From a virus: a DNA stretch of 64,000 nt. The stretch lies in the IMG/VR virus record IMGVR_UViG_3300025325_000001; one strand, 5' to 3'. Below are positions 1 through 8,183 of this stretch, piece by piece (within the stretch, counting starts at the first letter, position 1; every line of letters begins with the position of its first letter). The notes beneath the pieces were generated by a model, which saw only the letters and a list, made by a program, of their open reading frames with translations, ran no database searches and was not told the origin of the DNA. The position numbers and the translations under genes were made by a program.

Positions 1-51
1 GTAGCCCAGTTCTTTGAAGAGAGTTTCTTTTGAAATATTAAGTTCAGTCAT
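1..51 (-). CDS. hypothetical protein, first 17 codons only (gene continues past left edge)
   Basis: ATG at 51..49 (MTELNISKETLFKELGY...) overlaps the stop of the 48..182 ORF as ATGA. Too little sequence to judge. Confidence 0.3.
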   Translation of the reverse strand, partial: MTELNISKETLFKELGY

Positions 52-182
52 ATAAGGCGAATGAATTGCATAATGACGATGACGGAAAGGAGAGCTAGAA
101 GCCACCTTAAGGTTGTGTCTATTGTTACCAATCTATCTCGTATGCGTTCGAGCACAAATAGGATTCTAGGATCTTCAGTCAT
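48..182 (-). CDS. small predicted membrane protein (44 aa)
   Basis: Own translation MTEDPRILFVLERIRDRLVTIDTTLRWLLALLSVIVIMQFIRLI has a hydrophobic C-terminal helix. Stop is coupled to the next ATG. Below ORF-track cutoff; no clear SD. Confidence 0.3.
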   Translation of the reverse strand: MTEDPRILFVLERIRDRLVTIDTTLRWLLALLSVIVIMQFIRLI

Positions 183-258
183 CGATCTATGGAAGTTTCT
201 GCGAAGTCCCGCAATTGGTGGTCGAGGACACCCTCCGCACTCACCACGCGGGACGGAA

Positions 259-477
259 CTATGCAGCTTCTCTTTCGAACGTTACGGTATAGGCTTCGCC
301 TTCCGCGAACTGTTCTGCTGCTAGTTCATTCTTGATCGTCAGCCGAATCATCCCGGCCGGAGTCGCTTCTGCCCATTCAGCATTACGACCCTGCGCGTAG
401 TCTGGTACAAGTTCGACTTCATGCGCCCAACCCATATCGGATTTCCGCGAGACCTTGAACTTCGCAGTAACAACCAT
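259..477 (-). CDS. hypothetical phage protein (72 aa)
   Basis: ORF track. SD-like GGGGGTG lies a few nt upstream of ATG 477. Balanced composition; same strand as the leftward operon. Confidence 0.7.
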   Translation of the reverse strand: MVVTAKFKVSRKSDMGWAHEVELVPDYAQGRNAEWAEATPAGMIRLTIKNELAAEQFAEGEAYTVTFEREAA

Positions 478-491
478 TTCTCACCCCCTTT

Positions 492-728
492 CTATTCATG
501 CCTTAGAGTTTTTAGGAGAACGCCTTTATAATCGTGAGTTTCATGGTAATTTCCTGGGCAACCATCTACCGCATGATCTACAGATACCCGGCCATTCCAT
601 TGATCCTCATCAAGATAAGCCCACTCTCCACAGCGGGGGCACTCGAATTGCCAGGTATCAACGAACGGTGTAAAAGGGTCATTGGACACCCTACGGAAAT
701 GTCCGAGCGGCGTCCAGATACTAGTCAT
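492..728 (-). CDS. small Cys-containing protein (78 aa, possible zinc knuckle)
   Basis: Internal ATG (M49) of ORF 492..872, chosen because the upstream part overlaps 721..1041 in another frame. Motif FECPRCGEW...DGCPGNYH. Confidence 0.5.
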   Translation of the reverse strand: MTSIWTPLGHFRRVSNDPFTPFVDTWQFECPRCGEWAYLDEDQWNGRVSVDHAVDGCPGNYHETHDYKGVLLKTLRHE

Positions 729-1041
729 CAACTCTAAAGGTAAATGGCCCAAGCCTGGGAACTTCAGGGAGACTAGTAAACTTGAGGAAACAGTTGTATT
801 CTCCTTCTGGAATAAGATCAATAGGTGGAGCCCCACCATCCGTAAGATTGGTATCAATGAGCGGTAGCGCAATCATCCCATCATTGAGCGTAGATTGATT
901 TGCGTATACAAGCGTCTCAGCCTCATCAGCTTTGTAGAGATCGTGTGTGAGCCCAAGCCCGTCAAGGGTCTGCACGTTTTCAAGCGCGTCCAATATCTTG
1001 ATTGGTAGAAACTCTTTCGTGCCCTTCGTTAGCGTAACCAT
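721..1041 (-). CDS. 106-aa partner protein, paralog of 6309..6629
   Basis: Start moved to ATG 1041 (MVTLTKGTKEFLPIKI) by alignment to the paralog (MAIRLTEGTKEYVPVTV). Both contain PRLGP near the C-terminus, both are 106 aa, and both follow a repeat-bearing fibre-like gene. Confidence 0.7.
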   Translation of the reverse strand: MVTLTKGTKEFLPIKILDALENVQTLDGLGLTHDLYKADEAETLVYANQSTLNDGMIALPLIDTNLTDGGAPPIDLIPEGEYNCFLKFTSLPEVPRLGPFTFRVDD

Positions 1042-2831
1042 CTGCGATACATAGCCCCCTTCCAATGCCTATCAAATAGCATTGCCGAAAAGACCCCAAG
1101 AATAAAGAAAGTGCCCGGCGTGAGCTTTAGATACACGAGTTGGGCATCTTCACCCCCTGCAATTGCTCCTGGGGTGAATATGAGCACTACTGTTGCCACA
1201 TCGACGTACTCTGCGACATCAACGGATGTAGGAGTAAAGACTAAAGGCACCACAAATGCATCGGAAAGTTCCGCTATGTCAGCCGATAGCGCTTCCAAAT
1301 CAAGATAGGCAGTGCTCGCATCTGCAAATTCAGCGATGTCAACTGAAGTGATCTGTAGAAGCAAATCTATGGTCGCCTGGTCCTCATTGGTGCCACCCAT
1401 AAATTCTGTCCCTGAAGCTTCTAAATCGAGGTACATCTCCTGTGCCTCGATATAGTCGGCAATGTCGGCACCGCTTGGTAGAAGGCCAAGTGGCACCGTT
1501 TCTGAGTCAACCAAATCAGCTAGGTCAACCGAGCTAGGGGTGAGGATGAGGTAAGTAAGCGCCTCATCCACGAACTCTGTTACTTCTACAGATGCCGGTT
1601 GCAGATTCAATGGAACGGTCTCAGCATCGTATTGCTGTCTTTCCTCAAATGTTGAGATTGCTTCTAGATCCAGGTAGACAGTGTCAGCGTCATACTGCTG
1701 ACGTTCCTCATCTGTGGTAATTGGTTGCAAGTCTAGATAGATTTCGCTGGCATCAACGTATTCAGCAAGCTCTACCCCAGACGCTTCGAGATCGAGATAT
1801 ATCGTCGCGGCATCAGTAGTAATCCCGGTCTCGGCAGGTGGAATTTGCAACCAAACATCGGCAACTTCAAAGACAGTAGAATCTCCCTCAGAAGCCCAAC
1901 CACGGATGCGCAACTCTAGGTTCGAGTAGTCCGTGATGATAGCCGCGTCTCCATCAGCGATAGCAAGTTGATAGCTGGCTAGGGAGGTTGAGAGATTGGA
2001 AGTCTCAAGCTCGGGGCCAATAGGGTTCGCGCCTTCATAAAGCCTCGCGCGAATTGTCCCGGTATGCGCGCCATTTGTCTTACGAGCGCGAATCCAAATC
2101 TTGTGGTCGATTTGAACTTCGGGAAAATCACCGCTTGCAAGGCTCAATCTTGCGTAATCAGTACGCTTTGGAAAGACATCGACACCTGATGGAGTGAGGA
2201 GCAGATAAACAGTATCAGCGTCGGTATATTCTGCTAGTTCGGCAGAAGACGCTAACAGCCCGATGTATACTGTATCAGCATCAAAGGTAGTATGCTCCTC
2301 AGTGCCGGATGGAGTAAATAGAACCGGAACTGTCGCTGAATCAGTGTATTCGGTGCCGGATAGATCAGGTATTTCTAGTTCAGCCCAAGAAACTGCACCG
2401 CCGCGTCGTGCGGCGGGCGAACCGCCCGAAGCTGAGGTCAAGAACTCAAGCCGCAGGTCAGTATAGTTAGTAATTGCATCGGCCTCACCACTTGTTAGGG
2501 TGTAGGCATATTGCGTCCACGTTCCGGTCGCTGTCTGCGCCACGTCGGTCGCGATCTGCGTCGTGCCCTGCATTAATCTCGCAGTGACAGTGACGGCGTT
2601 TCCGCCTCCATCGACTACACCCGCATTGGTCTTCGCGATCCGGTAGCGGAAGGTATGTCCCGAGGAACTGACTGGATCGGTGACATTGGAGAGACTAACT
2701 TCTAGTTCATCAGCTTGATTGTTATCTCCCCACCAAAAATCAGAATCAGAGGGCGTCGTCTCGTCGATGTCTGCGAAGCCGCCATTCCCGGTGTTGGTGA
2801 TATCACCATCTGGGCGCGCTAACTGTGCCAT
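1029..2831 (-). CDS. repeat-rich fibre-like virion protein (600 aa)
   Basis: ORF track. Two related beta-sandwich-like modules (FRYRIAKTN...LRLEF and IWIRARKTN...LELRI). About 17 copies of a ~20-aa repeat resembling TVYLDLQPSGVELAEYVDA. Confidence 0.85.
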   Translation of the reverse strand: MAQLARPDGDITNTGNGGFADIDETTPSDSDFWWGDNNQADELEVSLSNVTDPVSSSGHTFRYRIAKTNAGVVDGGGNAVTVTARLMQGTTQIATDVAQTATGTWTQYAYTLTSGEADAITNYTDLRLEFLTSASGGSPAARRGGAVSWAELEIPDLSGTEYTDSATVPVLFTPSGTEEHTTFDADTVYIGLLASSAELAEYTDADTVYLLLTPSGVDVFPKRTDYARLSLASGDFPEVQIDHKIWIRARKTNGAHTGTIRARLYEGANPIGPELETSNLSTSLASYQLAIADGDAAIITDYSNLELRIRGWASEGDSTVFEVADVWLQIPPAETGITTDAATIYLDLEASGVELAEYVDASEIYLDLQPITTDEERQQYDADTVYLDLEAISTFEERQQYDAETVPLNLQPASVEVTEFVDEALTYLILTPSSVDLADLVDSETVPLGLLPSGADIADYIEAQEMYLDLEASGTEFMGGTNEDQATIDLLLQITSVDIAEFADASTAYLDLEALSADIAELSDAFVVPLVFTPTSVDVAEYVDVATVVLIFTPGAIAGGEDAQLVYLKLTPGTFFILGVFSAMLFDRHWKGAMYRRWLR

Positions 2832-3809
2832 TTAAACAGCCGTCGCAGTTATGATCGTCCCATCGGACTCATCATTCACCTTCGAAAATAGAGGGGCAGT
2901 AGTCCAGGAATCAGCATCGATATCTGCGTCAGGTCGAAGAAATTGGACAACCCCAGGTTCTTCAGTTCCAGATGGTTGCAAGTCGAGATAAACTGTTGCA
3001 GCATCGGAGGCTTCAAGAATATCCGCTGACACTATTTGGAGACTGAGCAATATCTCTTGCGCATCAACATATTCTGCTAATTCAGTCCCGCTTGCTTGAA
3101 GATCGGTAAGAACTTCAGCAGCATCAAAGGTAGTATATTCCTCAGTGCTACTGAATTGCAGATCAAGGTAAACTTCTTGCGTATCTATGAAATCAGCGAT
3201 GTCCGTAGAAGTTGGAGAAAAGCCGAGCAAAACTTCAGCAGCGTCGTATTGCTGTCGCTCCTCAACAGATTGTGCTTCGAGGTCAAGATAGGTTACGTCC
3301 GAATCTATGAACTCTGCGATATCAGTCGTGGAAGTCGTCAGATCAAGATAGATGGTGTCTGCGTCCTCAGTTGCACCCTGGGCATATTCATCCGTACCCG
3401 ACGGCTGTAAATCAAAGTAGGTTTCTTGCGCTTCAGTAGCCTCTAATATGTCTGCGCTCGCAGGACTAAAAAGAAGCCCCACCGTTTGAGAATCCACAAA
3501 CTCAGCAATGTCAACGCTAGAGGGAGCGAGACTAAGAGGTACGGTTTCCGAATCGACATATTCTGCAATGTCTACTCCTGACGCCTGAAGGTCAAGATAT
3601 ACCTCCGCTGAATCATATTGCTGGCGTTCCTCATCTGTAGTGATGGCTTGCAAGTCAAGGTAGACTTCAGCGCTTTCAATAGCTTCGATAAGTTCAACAC
3701 CGGATGCTTGAAGATCAAGATATATGGTCGCAGCATCGGTATATTCTGCGCCCGCCGCAGACTGAATCTGTGCCCCGCCGGGCAGAAGTGGGCCATAGAG
3801 CGGGTGCAT
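2832..3809 (-). CDS. repeat-only fibre-like protein (325 aa)
   Basis: ORF track. Almost entirely ~15 copies of the same ~20-aa repeat (e.g. AEVYLDLQASGVDIAEYVDSETV). The C-terminal 35 aa resemble the start of the module that opens the next gene. Confidence 0.85.
   Translation of the reverse strand: MHPLYGPLLPGGAQIQSAAGAEYTDAATIYLDLQASGVELIEAIESAEVYLDLQAITTDEERQQYDSAEVYLDLQASGVDIAEYVDSETVPLSLAPSSVDIAEFVDSQTVGLLFSPASADILEATEAQETYFDLQPSGTDEYAQGATEDADTIYLDLTTSTTDIAEFIDSDVTYLDLEAQSVEERQQYDAAEVLLGFSPTSTDIADFIDTQEVYLDLQFSSTEEYTTFDAAEVLTDLQASGTELAEYVDAQEILLSLQIVSADILEASDAATVYLDLQPSGTEEPGVVQFLRPDADIDADSWTTAPLFSKVNDESDGTIITATAV
2968..3005. repeat. 38-nt exact DNA repeat, copy 1 (partner 6768..6805)
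   Basis: ccagatggttgcaagtcgagataaactgttgcagcatc is read identically at both sites, inside two different repeat-protein genes. Confidence 0.9.
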
Positions 3810-4156
3810 TAAGCTACCTTACGAATTGACCAATCGACCGTAATCGTGCCGCCCGTAAGGGCAGCCAGAGTTACGTCCCAACCGTGCAAAAGAATCATCG
3901 TTGGCGACACCCATACCGGGGTTGCCTGCGCACCCACGAGAATGAACTCCTCGATAATGCGCTGTGTCGAGGCCGAACCCACCTTCTCGTAAAAGCGGAT
4001 CTGAAGTTGGTCACCTGCGACCATATCCGACACATCGAGAAAGACTTGATAGATGCCATCATCGGTTTGCACGTCCGGCCCGGCGGTGTCCGTCGTAAGC
4101 GACCACTCGGTCGTCGAGACTGCTTCTGAGCCCGCGAATGCCTCACTGATCGCCAC
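3809..4156 (-). CDS. hypothetical virion-associated protein (115 aa)
   Basis: ORF track. One-nt overlap with the downstream gene. Beta-rich composition; no recognisable motif. Confidence 0.7.
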   Translation of the reverse strand: MAISEAFAGSEAVSTTEWSLTTDTAGPDVQTDDGIYQVFLDVSDMVAGDQLQIRFYEKVGSASTQRIIEEFILVGAQATPVWVSPTMILLHGWDVTLAALTGGTITVDWSIRKVA

Positions 4157-4348
4157 TTATACTTCTCCTCGGATTCGTGTAAATTCGGTCTGAAGCTCCG
4201 TTATCAAGGCCAGTAGCTTGCTCCGCAAGTTCGCCCGCGTGGTAAAGGGGACGACAAACTCCGCTATATCCACACCGTTGCTATCCCTGATGTGAATATG
4301 AGTGACCCGCTTGGTATCCGAGACTGTGTATATCGCCGTGATAGCCAT
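4157..4348 (-). CDS. hypothetical protein (63 aa)
   Basis: ORF track. Abuts neighbours with 0-1 nt spacing in the operon. Confidence 0.6.
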   Translation of the reverse strand: MAITAIYTVSDTKRVTHIHIRDSNGVDIAEFVVPFTTRANLRSKLLALITELQTEFTRIRGEV

Positions 4349-4349
4349 A

Positions 4350-5189
4350 TCAATAGAGACAGTAGACGCCTACATCGTACGCTTCGGCTGCTGAGGGCTG
4401 CTCGGCTCGAACTTGCATCTGCGTTCCAGAGGGCAATTCACGCATTACGGGACAAGCAGGTATCGGGCCGTTTACCCACTCACTTGTCGAAGGCCCCCAA
4501 TACCATTCACCAAGCTTTATCGAAGAGTAGCCAACCTCCCATTGCACCGGATTTGCTGACATTGTGGTATCGCCCATCGTTCCTTGGGGAACGACGATGA
4601 CGCCTTTGTAATTACGAGAAAGCGTCGAGCCGATATTCGCCCAGGTTGACTCTACACCCACACCAGGCGTATGAGATGTGCCGATGGAATTGGCGGTGTC
4701 GATCCCGTAATCATCCATCCCGGCGCAGATGGGGAATCCTAGATTGCCCATTCCCTCCACGAGAACGATTTGAACGCTAAGCGTATCGGAAGCGATAAGA
4801 GCCTGAAGCCGAGCCGAAACGCGAAGACCCTTTGGAATAAAGATAGGTAGAAAAAAGCGCCTTCCTAAGCCCATGTTTGCAGCACCGTTGTTGGTCGCGC
4901 TCCACCCGCTGACGAGGTTAGAGACGATCACCTGCTCGGAGCCACCACCTATCGGCCCAATGCCGATATCGAGAAGTTGATCCGTGCGCGTAGCGGTCGC
5001 AGAGGAGTTGCTGAGCCAGAGCCAGAAGCCGAAGGCATCGAAGTCCGTTGAGAGTCCAAGTGATGTCCATGAGCCTTTTGTATGGATCGTCCCCGACGCA
5101 GTAACGGTCGTGCCCGGATTATTCACAGGTACGTCCGCGTCGTTCGATTCCCATATTGCGTTGGCCGGAACAGGAAGTGCAAGTGACAT
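4350..5189 (-). CDS. hypothetical virion-associated protein (279 aa)
   Basis: ORF 4350..5219 trimmed to ATG 5189 (MSLALPVPAN). That start follows the upstream TAA and has GAGG about 9 nt upstream. Beta-rich; no motif recognised. Confidence 0.75.
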   Translation of the reverse strand: MSLALPVPANAIWESNDADVPVNNPGTTVTASGTIHTKGSWTSLGLSTDFDAFGFWLWLSNSSATATRTDQLLDIGIGPIGGGSEQVIVSNLVSGWSATNNGAANMGLGRRFFLPIFIPKGLRVSARLQALIASDTLSVQIVLVEGMGNLGFPICAGMDDYGIDTANSIGTSHTPGVGVESTWANIGSTLSRNYKGVIVVPQGTMGDTTMSANPVQWEVGYSSIKLGEWYWGPSTSEWVNGPIPACPVMRELPSGTQMQVRAEQPSAAEAYDVGVYCLY

Positions 5190-5194
5190 GCTTA

Positions 5195-6289
5195 TTACCT
5201 CGGCGCTACGTCGCGCCATGTTTTAGTTGCTGGATTCCAACGCTGACAAGTCACATTGGTAAATGTAAACAGACTTGTTCTTAGGCAAGGATCGGAGGCG
5301 AAGTAAGGAGTGCATTTAGGATCGCTTCCGTCATTACGTCCTGTGCGAAACTTCGCATCAACTACGACGTTACCCGGCTGAGTCTGTCCACCACCGAAGA
5401 ATCCATGATTGCAAGAGACGTATTCCCCACCATATACGTCCACGTCATAATCGTTCGACCAGAAGATTACTCCACCTGCACCGATGCACGTCGAGGTTCC
5501 AGCGTTCCAGTTTCCCGACGTACCATTCACGATGTCGAGTCTCGCAGGCCGCCAGTTAGGATGAAACTGCCATCCATCCTGATGAGCACCAGAACTTCCA
5601 AGCGGGCCACAATCGAAGTTACCAGTGATTTGAATGTCAACGGGGCCAGCGGTACGGAACTTGCCTGCCCCACCAGCGGCTCCAACAGTTGCACCATTCG
5701 CGTTCGAAGCCACAATTACGTCAATGGTATCGCTATTACCGTCGCCCCGGCAACCGTTGATAAAGTCTAGATGCCCTTGATCGCCAAAGTCAGGATTACC
5801 AGTGAAGTTCCAGACGAGCTTAAGTGGCAATGGCCCATAGTTCGCCAATGGCTGTGAACAACGGAACTGCTGATTCGTGAAGTTGAGTTGTGTTCCGAAG
5901 GCACAGTCCGTTCCTGCAAGCGCCCACTGGCTACGATTGGAAACGAGGCAGTTGCCCAACGGAGGAGGAGGCGGCGGCGCATTGAATTCGTCATCGTCAG
6001 CCGCATCGACACAACCAGGATCGGCTAGATCGATCAACAGATCACCATCATTGTCCTTCAGATCCGAACATTGCGTTAATGGTGGTGGTGGTGGTAAAGG
6101 ATCGGTTTCATCATTATCTAGTGCATCCACACAGCCTGGGTCAGCTAGATCGACTAGCAAATCGAAATCGTTGTCTAGCAGATCCGAACATTGCGGGAAA
6201 GAGCCAAAGCCTCCACCTGCAAAGGCCGCTCCACTCAGTCCGACAGCTAGACCGATCGTTGCGATTATAGTAGCGATGATGTACTTCAT
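5195..6289 (-). CDS. secreted protein (364 aa) with two Cys-bracketed Asp-rich Ca-binding-like modules, polyproline linkers and a Gly/Asn-rich C-terminal domain
   Basis: N-terminus MKYIIATIIATIGLAVGLSGAAFA|GG looks like a Sec signal peptide. Duplicated QCSDLxDNDxDLLxDLADPGCVDAxDxDE, each followed by PPPPPP. Confidence 0.85.
   Translation of the reverse strand: MKYIIATIIATIGLAVGLSGAAFAGGGFGSFPQCSDLLDNDFDLLVDLADPGCVDALDNDETDPLPPPPPLTQCSDLKDNDGDLLIDLADPGCVDAADDDEFNAPPPPPPLGNCLVSNRSQWALAGTDCAFGTQLNFTNQQFRCSQPLANYGPLPLKLVWNFTGNPDFGDQGHLDFINGCRGDGNSDTIDVIVASNANGATVGAAGGAGKFRTAGPVDIQITGNFDCGPLGSSGAHQDGWQFHPNWRPARLDIVNGTSGNWNAGTSTCIGAGGVIFWSNDYDVDVYGGEYVSCNHGFFGGGQTQPGNVVVDAKFRTGRNDGSDPKCTPYFASDPCLRTSLFTFTNVTCQRWNPATKTWRDVAPR
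5985..6225. repeat. two ~120-bp tandem coding repeats
   Basis: 17-nt identity cagatccgaacattgcg at 6059..6075 and 6179..6195. Flanking sequence is similar at a 120-nt offset. Encodes the duplicated Asp/Cys module. Confidence 0.8.
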
Positions 6290-6308
6290 CTGACGACTCC
6301 TTTACAGA

Positions 6309-6629
6309 TTACGGTTCATCCTTTACCTGAATAACAACCGGCCCGAGTCTAGGTGATTCGCCTCCAACCGTAAACTCCACGAATAGGCGAAGTCTAATCG
6401 GTGCCGTCAAATAACCATCCGGGCCACCAGACGAGATATCGATGAGGCAATTGACTATCATCAAAGAGGCGGTCGCGGCCTGATCTTGGTAGAGATATGT
6501 ATCATCATCATACTGGACATCAAACTTGATGCTAGTAGCTTGTGCGTCAAGATTAGTGATTTGTCCTGATCTATCGAAGACTGTAACGGGTACGTATTCC
6601 TTCGTACCTTCAGTCAGCCTTATTGCCAT
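6309..6629 (-). CDS. 106-aa partner protein, paralog of 721..1041
   Basis: ORF track. TAATG junction with the upstream LamG gene. Shares TEGTKEYVPV and PRLGPVVIQV motifs with the paralog. Confidence 0.75.
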   Translation of the reverse strand: MAIRLTEGTKEYVPVTVFDRSGQITNLDAQATSIKFDVQYDDDTYLYQDQAATASLMIVNCLIDISSGGPDGYLTAPIRLRLFVEFTVGGESPRLGPVVIQVKDEP

Positions 6630-7633
6630 TATAGCCGACCCCTAACTGACAATACGAACCTCGTTTGGGCTGTTCCTCTCCATTTGTTCCCTTCGATTTG
6701 GAACCATTTATTTTCACCCTCCGGCAGAGGGTCCCACCAGGGAATAAGCGGGGAGAAGATGTCGAAGCCAGATGGTTGCAAGTCGAGATAAACTGTTGCA
6801 GCATCAGTACGCTCTAGTCCTTCAATACCACTTGGCGTAAAAGCAAGAGGCACTGTAGCAGCATCTATATATTCTGCTAGTTCTACCCCAGACGGCTGAA
6901 GATCAAGATATATCTCTGCCGCGTCGTTAAATCCCGGAAGCACAGGGCCATACCTACTAGGCGGCATCGGAAGGACGAACGGCATAACGGGCGCATGTCT
7001 ATCACCGGCGTTGACCGTTCCGTTCATCGTAGCGGCATTTCCTTGACCGGAATAATCCCGTTCAGGTGATCCAGTTCCCCATAGGGGCCAATATCCCTTT
7101 AGACTCTGCGGCCTAATAAGCAGGGGGCTTACGCCTTTTGCTAGGGCAGCAATCTCAGCAGGTGACAGATCGATATTCCAGATACCGATTTCAGCTATCA
7201 AACCATCCCAAGGAGCTGCCGTTCCGATATACCTTCCGACTAACAACGGCGTGGTCGTATTTATCATTGTTCGAATATTTGTGGCTGAGGCATCTTGAAC
7301 ACCGTTGAGATAGATGTAACGGTTGGTAGCTGTCTGGTATCCGCAAATATGCTGCCAGACCCCAACACTTAACGTAGTGGCTCCAATTGTAAAGGCGGCA
7401 GACGAACCGTTCGCTGTAGCAAATGCAGGCTTACCAGCGCTCGTCATTTCGAGCGTATACTGTCTCGTAGGCTGCGCGGCCGTATCGTACTTCGTGACGA
7501 TTGCCTTCTCAGCGTTGTTCACATCGGGCCTAACCCATGCGCTCACGGTGATTGGCAGACCCGTAATATCGATGGCTGCCACGTCACCAATATCGAGATA
7601 ATTCGCGCCGTCGTTGTCGAATTCTCTAGACAT
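6629..7633 (-). CDS. LamG/concanavalin-like lectin-domain protein (334 aa) with three C-terminal fibre repeats
   Basis: The pattern WVRPD...IVTKYD...YTLEM...WQHICG...IYLNGV...LLVGR...WDGLIAEIGIWNIDLSPAEIAALAKG fits Laminin_G_3-type domains from memory. The C-terminus carries AAEIYLDLQPSGVELAEYIDAATV repeats. Confidence 0.85.
   Translation of the reverse strand: MSREFDNDGANYLDIGDVAAIDITGLPITVSAWVRPDVNNAEKAIVTKYDTAAQPTRQYTLEMTSAGKPAFATANGSSAAFTIGATTLSVGVWQHICGYQTATNRYIYLNGVQDASATNIRTMINTTTPLLVGRYIGTAAPWDGLIAEIGIWNIDLSPAEIAALAKGVSPLLIRPQSLKGYWPLWGTGSPERDYSGQGNAATMNGTVNAGDRHAPVMPFVLPMPPSRYGPVLPGFNDAAEIYLDLQPSGVELAEYIDAATVPLAFTPSGIEGLERTDAATVYLDLQPSGFDIFSPLIPWWDPLPEGENKWFQIEGNKWRGTAQTRFVLSVRGRL
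6768..6805. repeat. 38-nt exact DNA repeat, copy 2 (partner 2968..3005)
   Basis: Identical string read at both positions. Confidence 0.9.
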
Positions 7634-8150
7634 CGGCGTATTCGAAAGTTAGCTCAAACACGTATGCACGACCGGCCATCGTATCGGCAGCGTCAACACC
7701 ATCGCGTCCGAAGAAGAACTCCACGATGTCATCGACAGCAAAGTTGCCTGCCGTTAGAGCAGCAGTAGCAAATAGCTTACGCCGCGCTGTTGCGGGTGCA
7801 GCGTCAGTTACGGTTACGCTCTGTTGCCAGGCGGCAGGGTCGAGCGTTTCAGCGTCGTTCCCACCGACAGCATTGTAATCGAAGTCGAAAACCACATCGC
7901 CAGTTGTCAGGGTAGCCGACCACTCGATGATTACAACAGACGATCCGACGTAGTTCTTAGGAACGCGGAACGCTCCATAGACTCCGTGCTTTACCGTTGG
8001 CTCTGCCGCCAGTGCATTTCCCAACACAAGCACGAACTGTCGCGCCAGATCATTCGTACCGAAGTTCAGGTCGGCAGGCTCAAACCAACAAGCGCCTGTA
8101 TCGTCAGGGCGAGTAGCGAACCCCAAGATTGGGATTCTATGCGCTGCCAT
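7626..8150 (-). CDS. hypothetical virion-associated protein (174 aa)
   Basis: ORF track. Strong SD GAGGAGGGG upstream of ATG 8150. Beta-rich composition. Confidence 0.75.
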   Translation of the reverse strand: MAAHRIPILGFATRPDDTGACWFEPADLNFGTNDLARQFVLVLGNALAAEPTVKHGVYGAFRVPKNYVGSSVVIIEWSATLTTGDVVFDFDYNAVGGNDAETLDPAAWQQSVTVTDAAPATARRKLFATAALTAGNFAVDDIVEFFFGRDGVDAADTMAGRAYVFELTFEYADV

Positions 8151-8183
8151 ACAGCTAACCCCTCCTCAGTTAAGTAGTAGGGG

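Noticed and set aside
61-324. Plus-strand ORF of 87 aa at the left edge
   Set aside because: It runs opposite to the operon, overlaps 259..477 and has no SD. A minus-strand 44-codon membrane ORF fits the gap better.
1029-3809. Regular ~60-nt periodic DNA repeats, considered as a possible CRISPR array or satellite
   Set aside because: The repeats are in-frame coding repeats of two long ORFs, diverged at the DNA level, with no spacer-repeat alternation. There are no cas genes in the window.
2968-6805. The 38-nt identical pair, considered as template and variable repeats of a diversity-generating retroelement
   Set aside because: There is no reverse transcriptase or accessory gene anywhere in the window, and the two copies are identical rather than differing at adenines.
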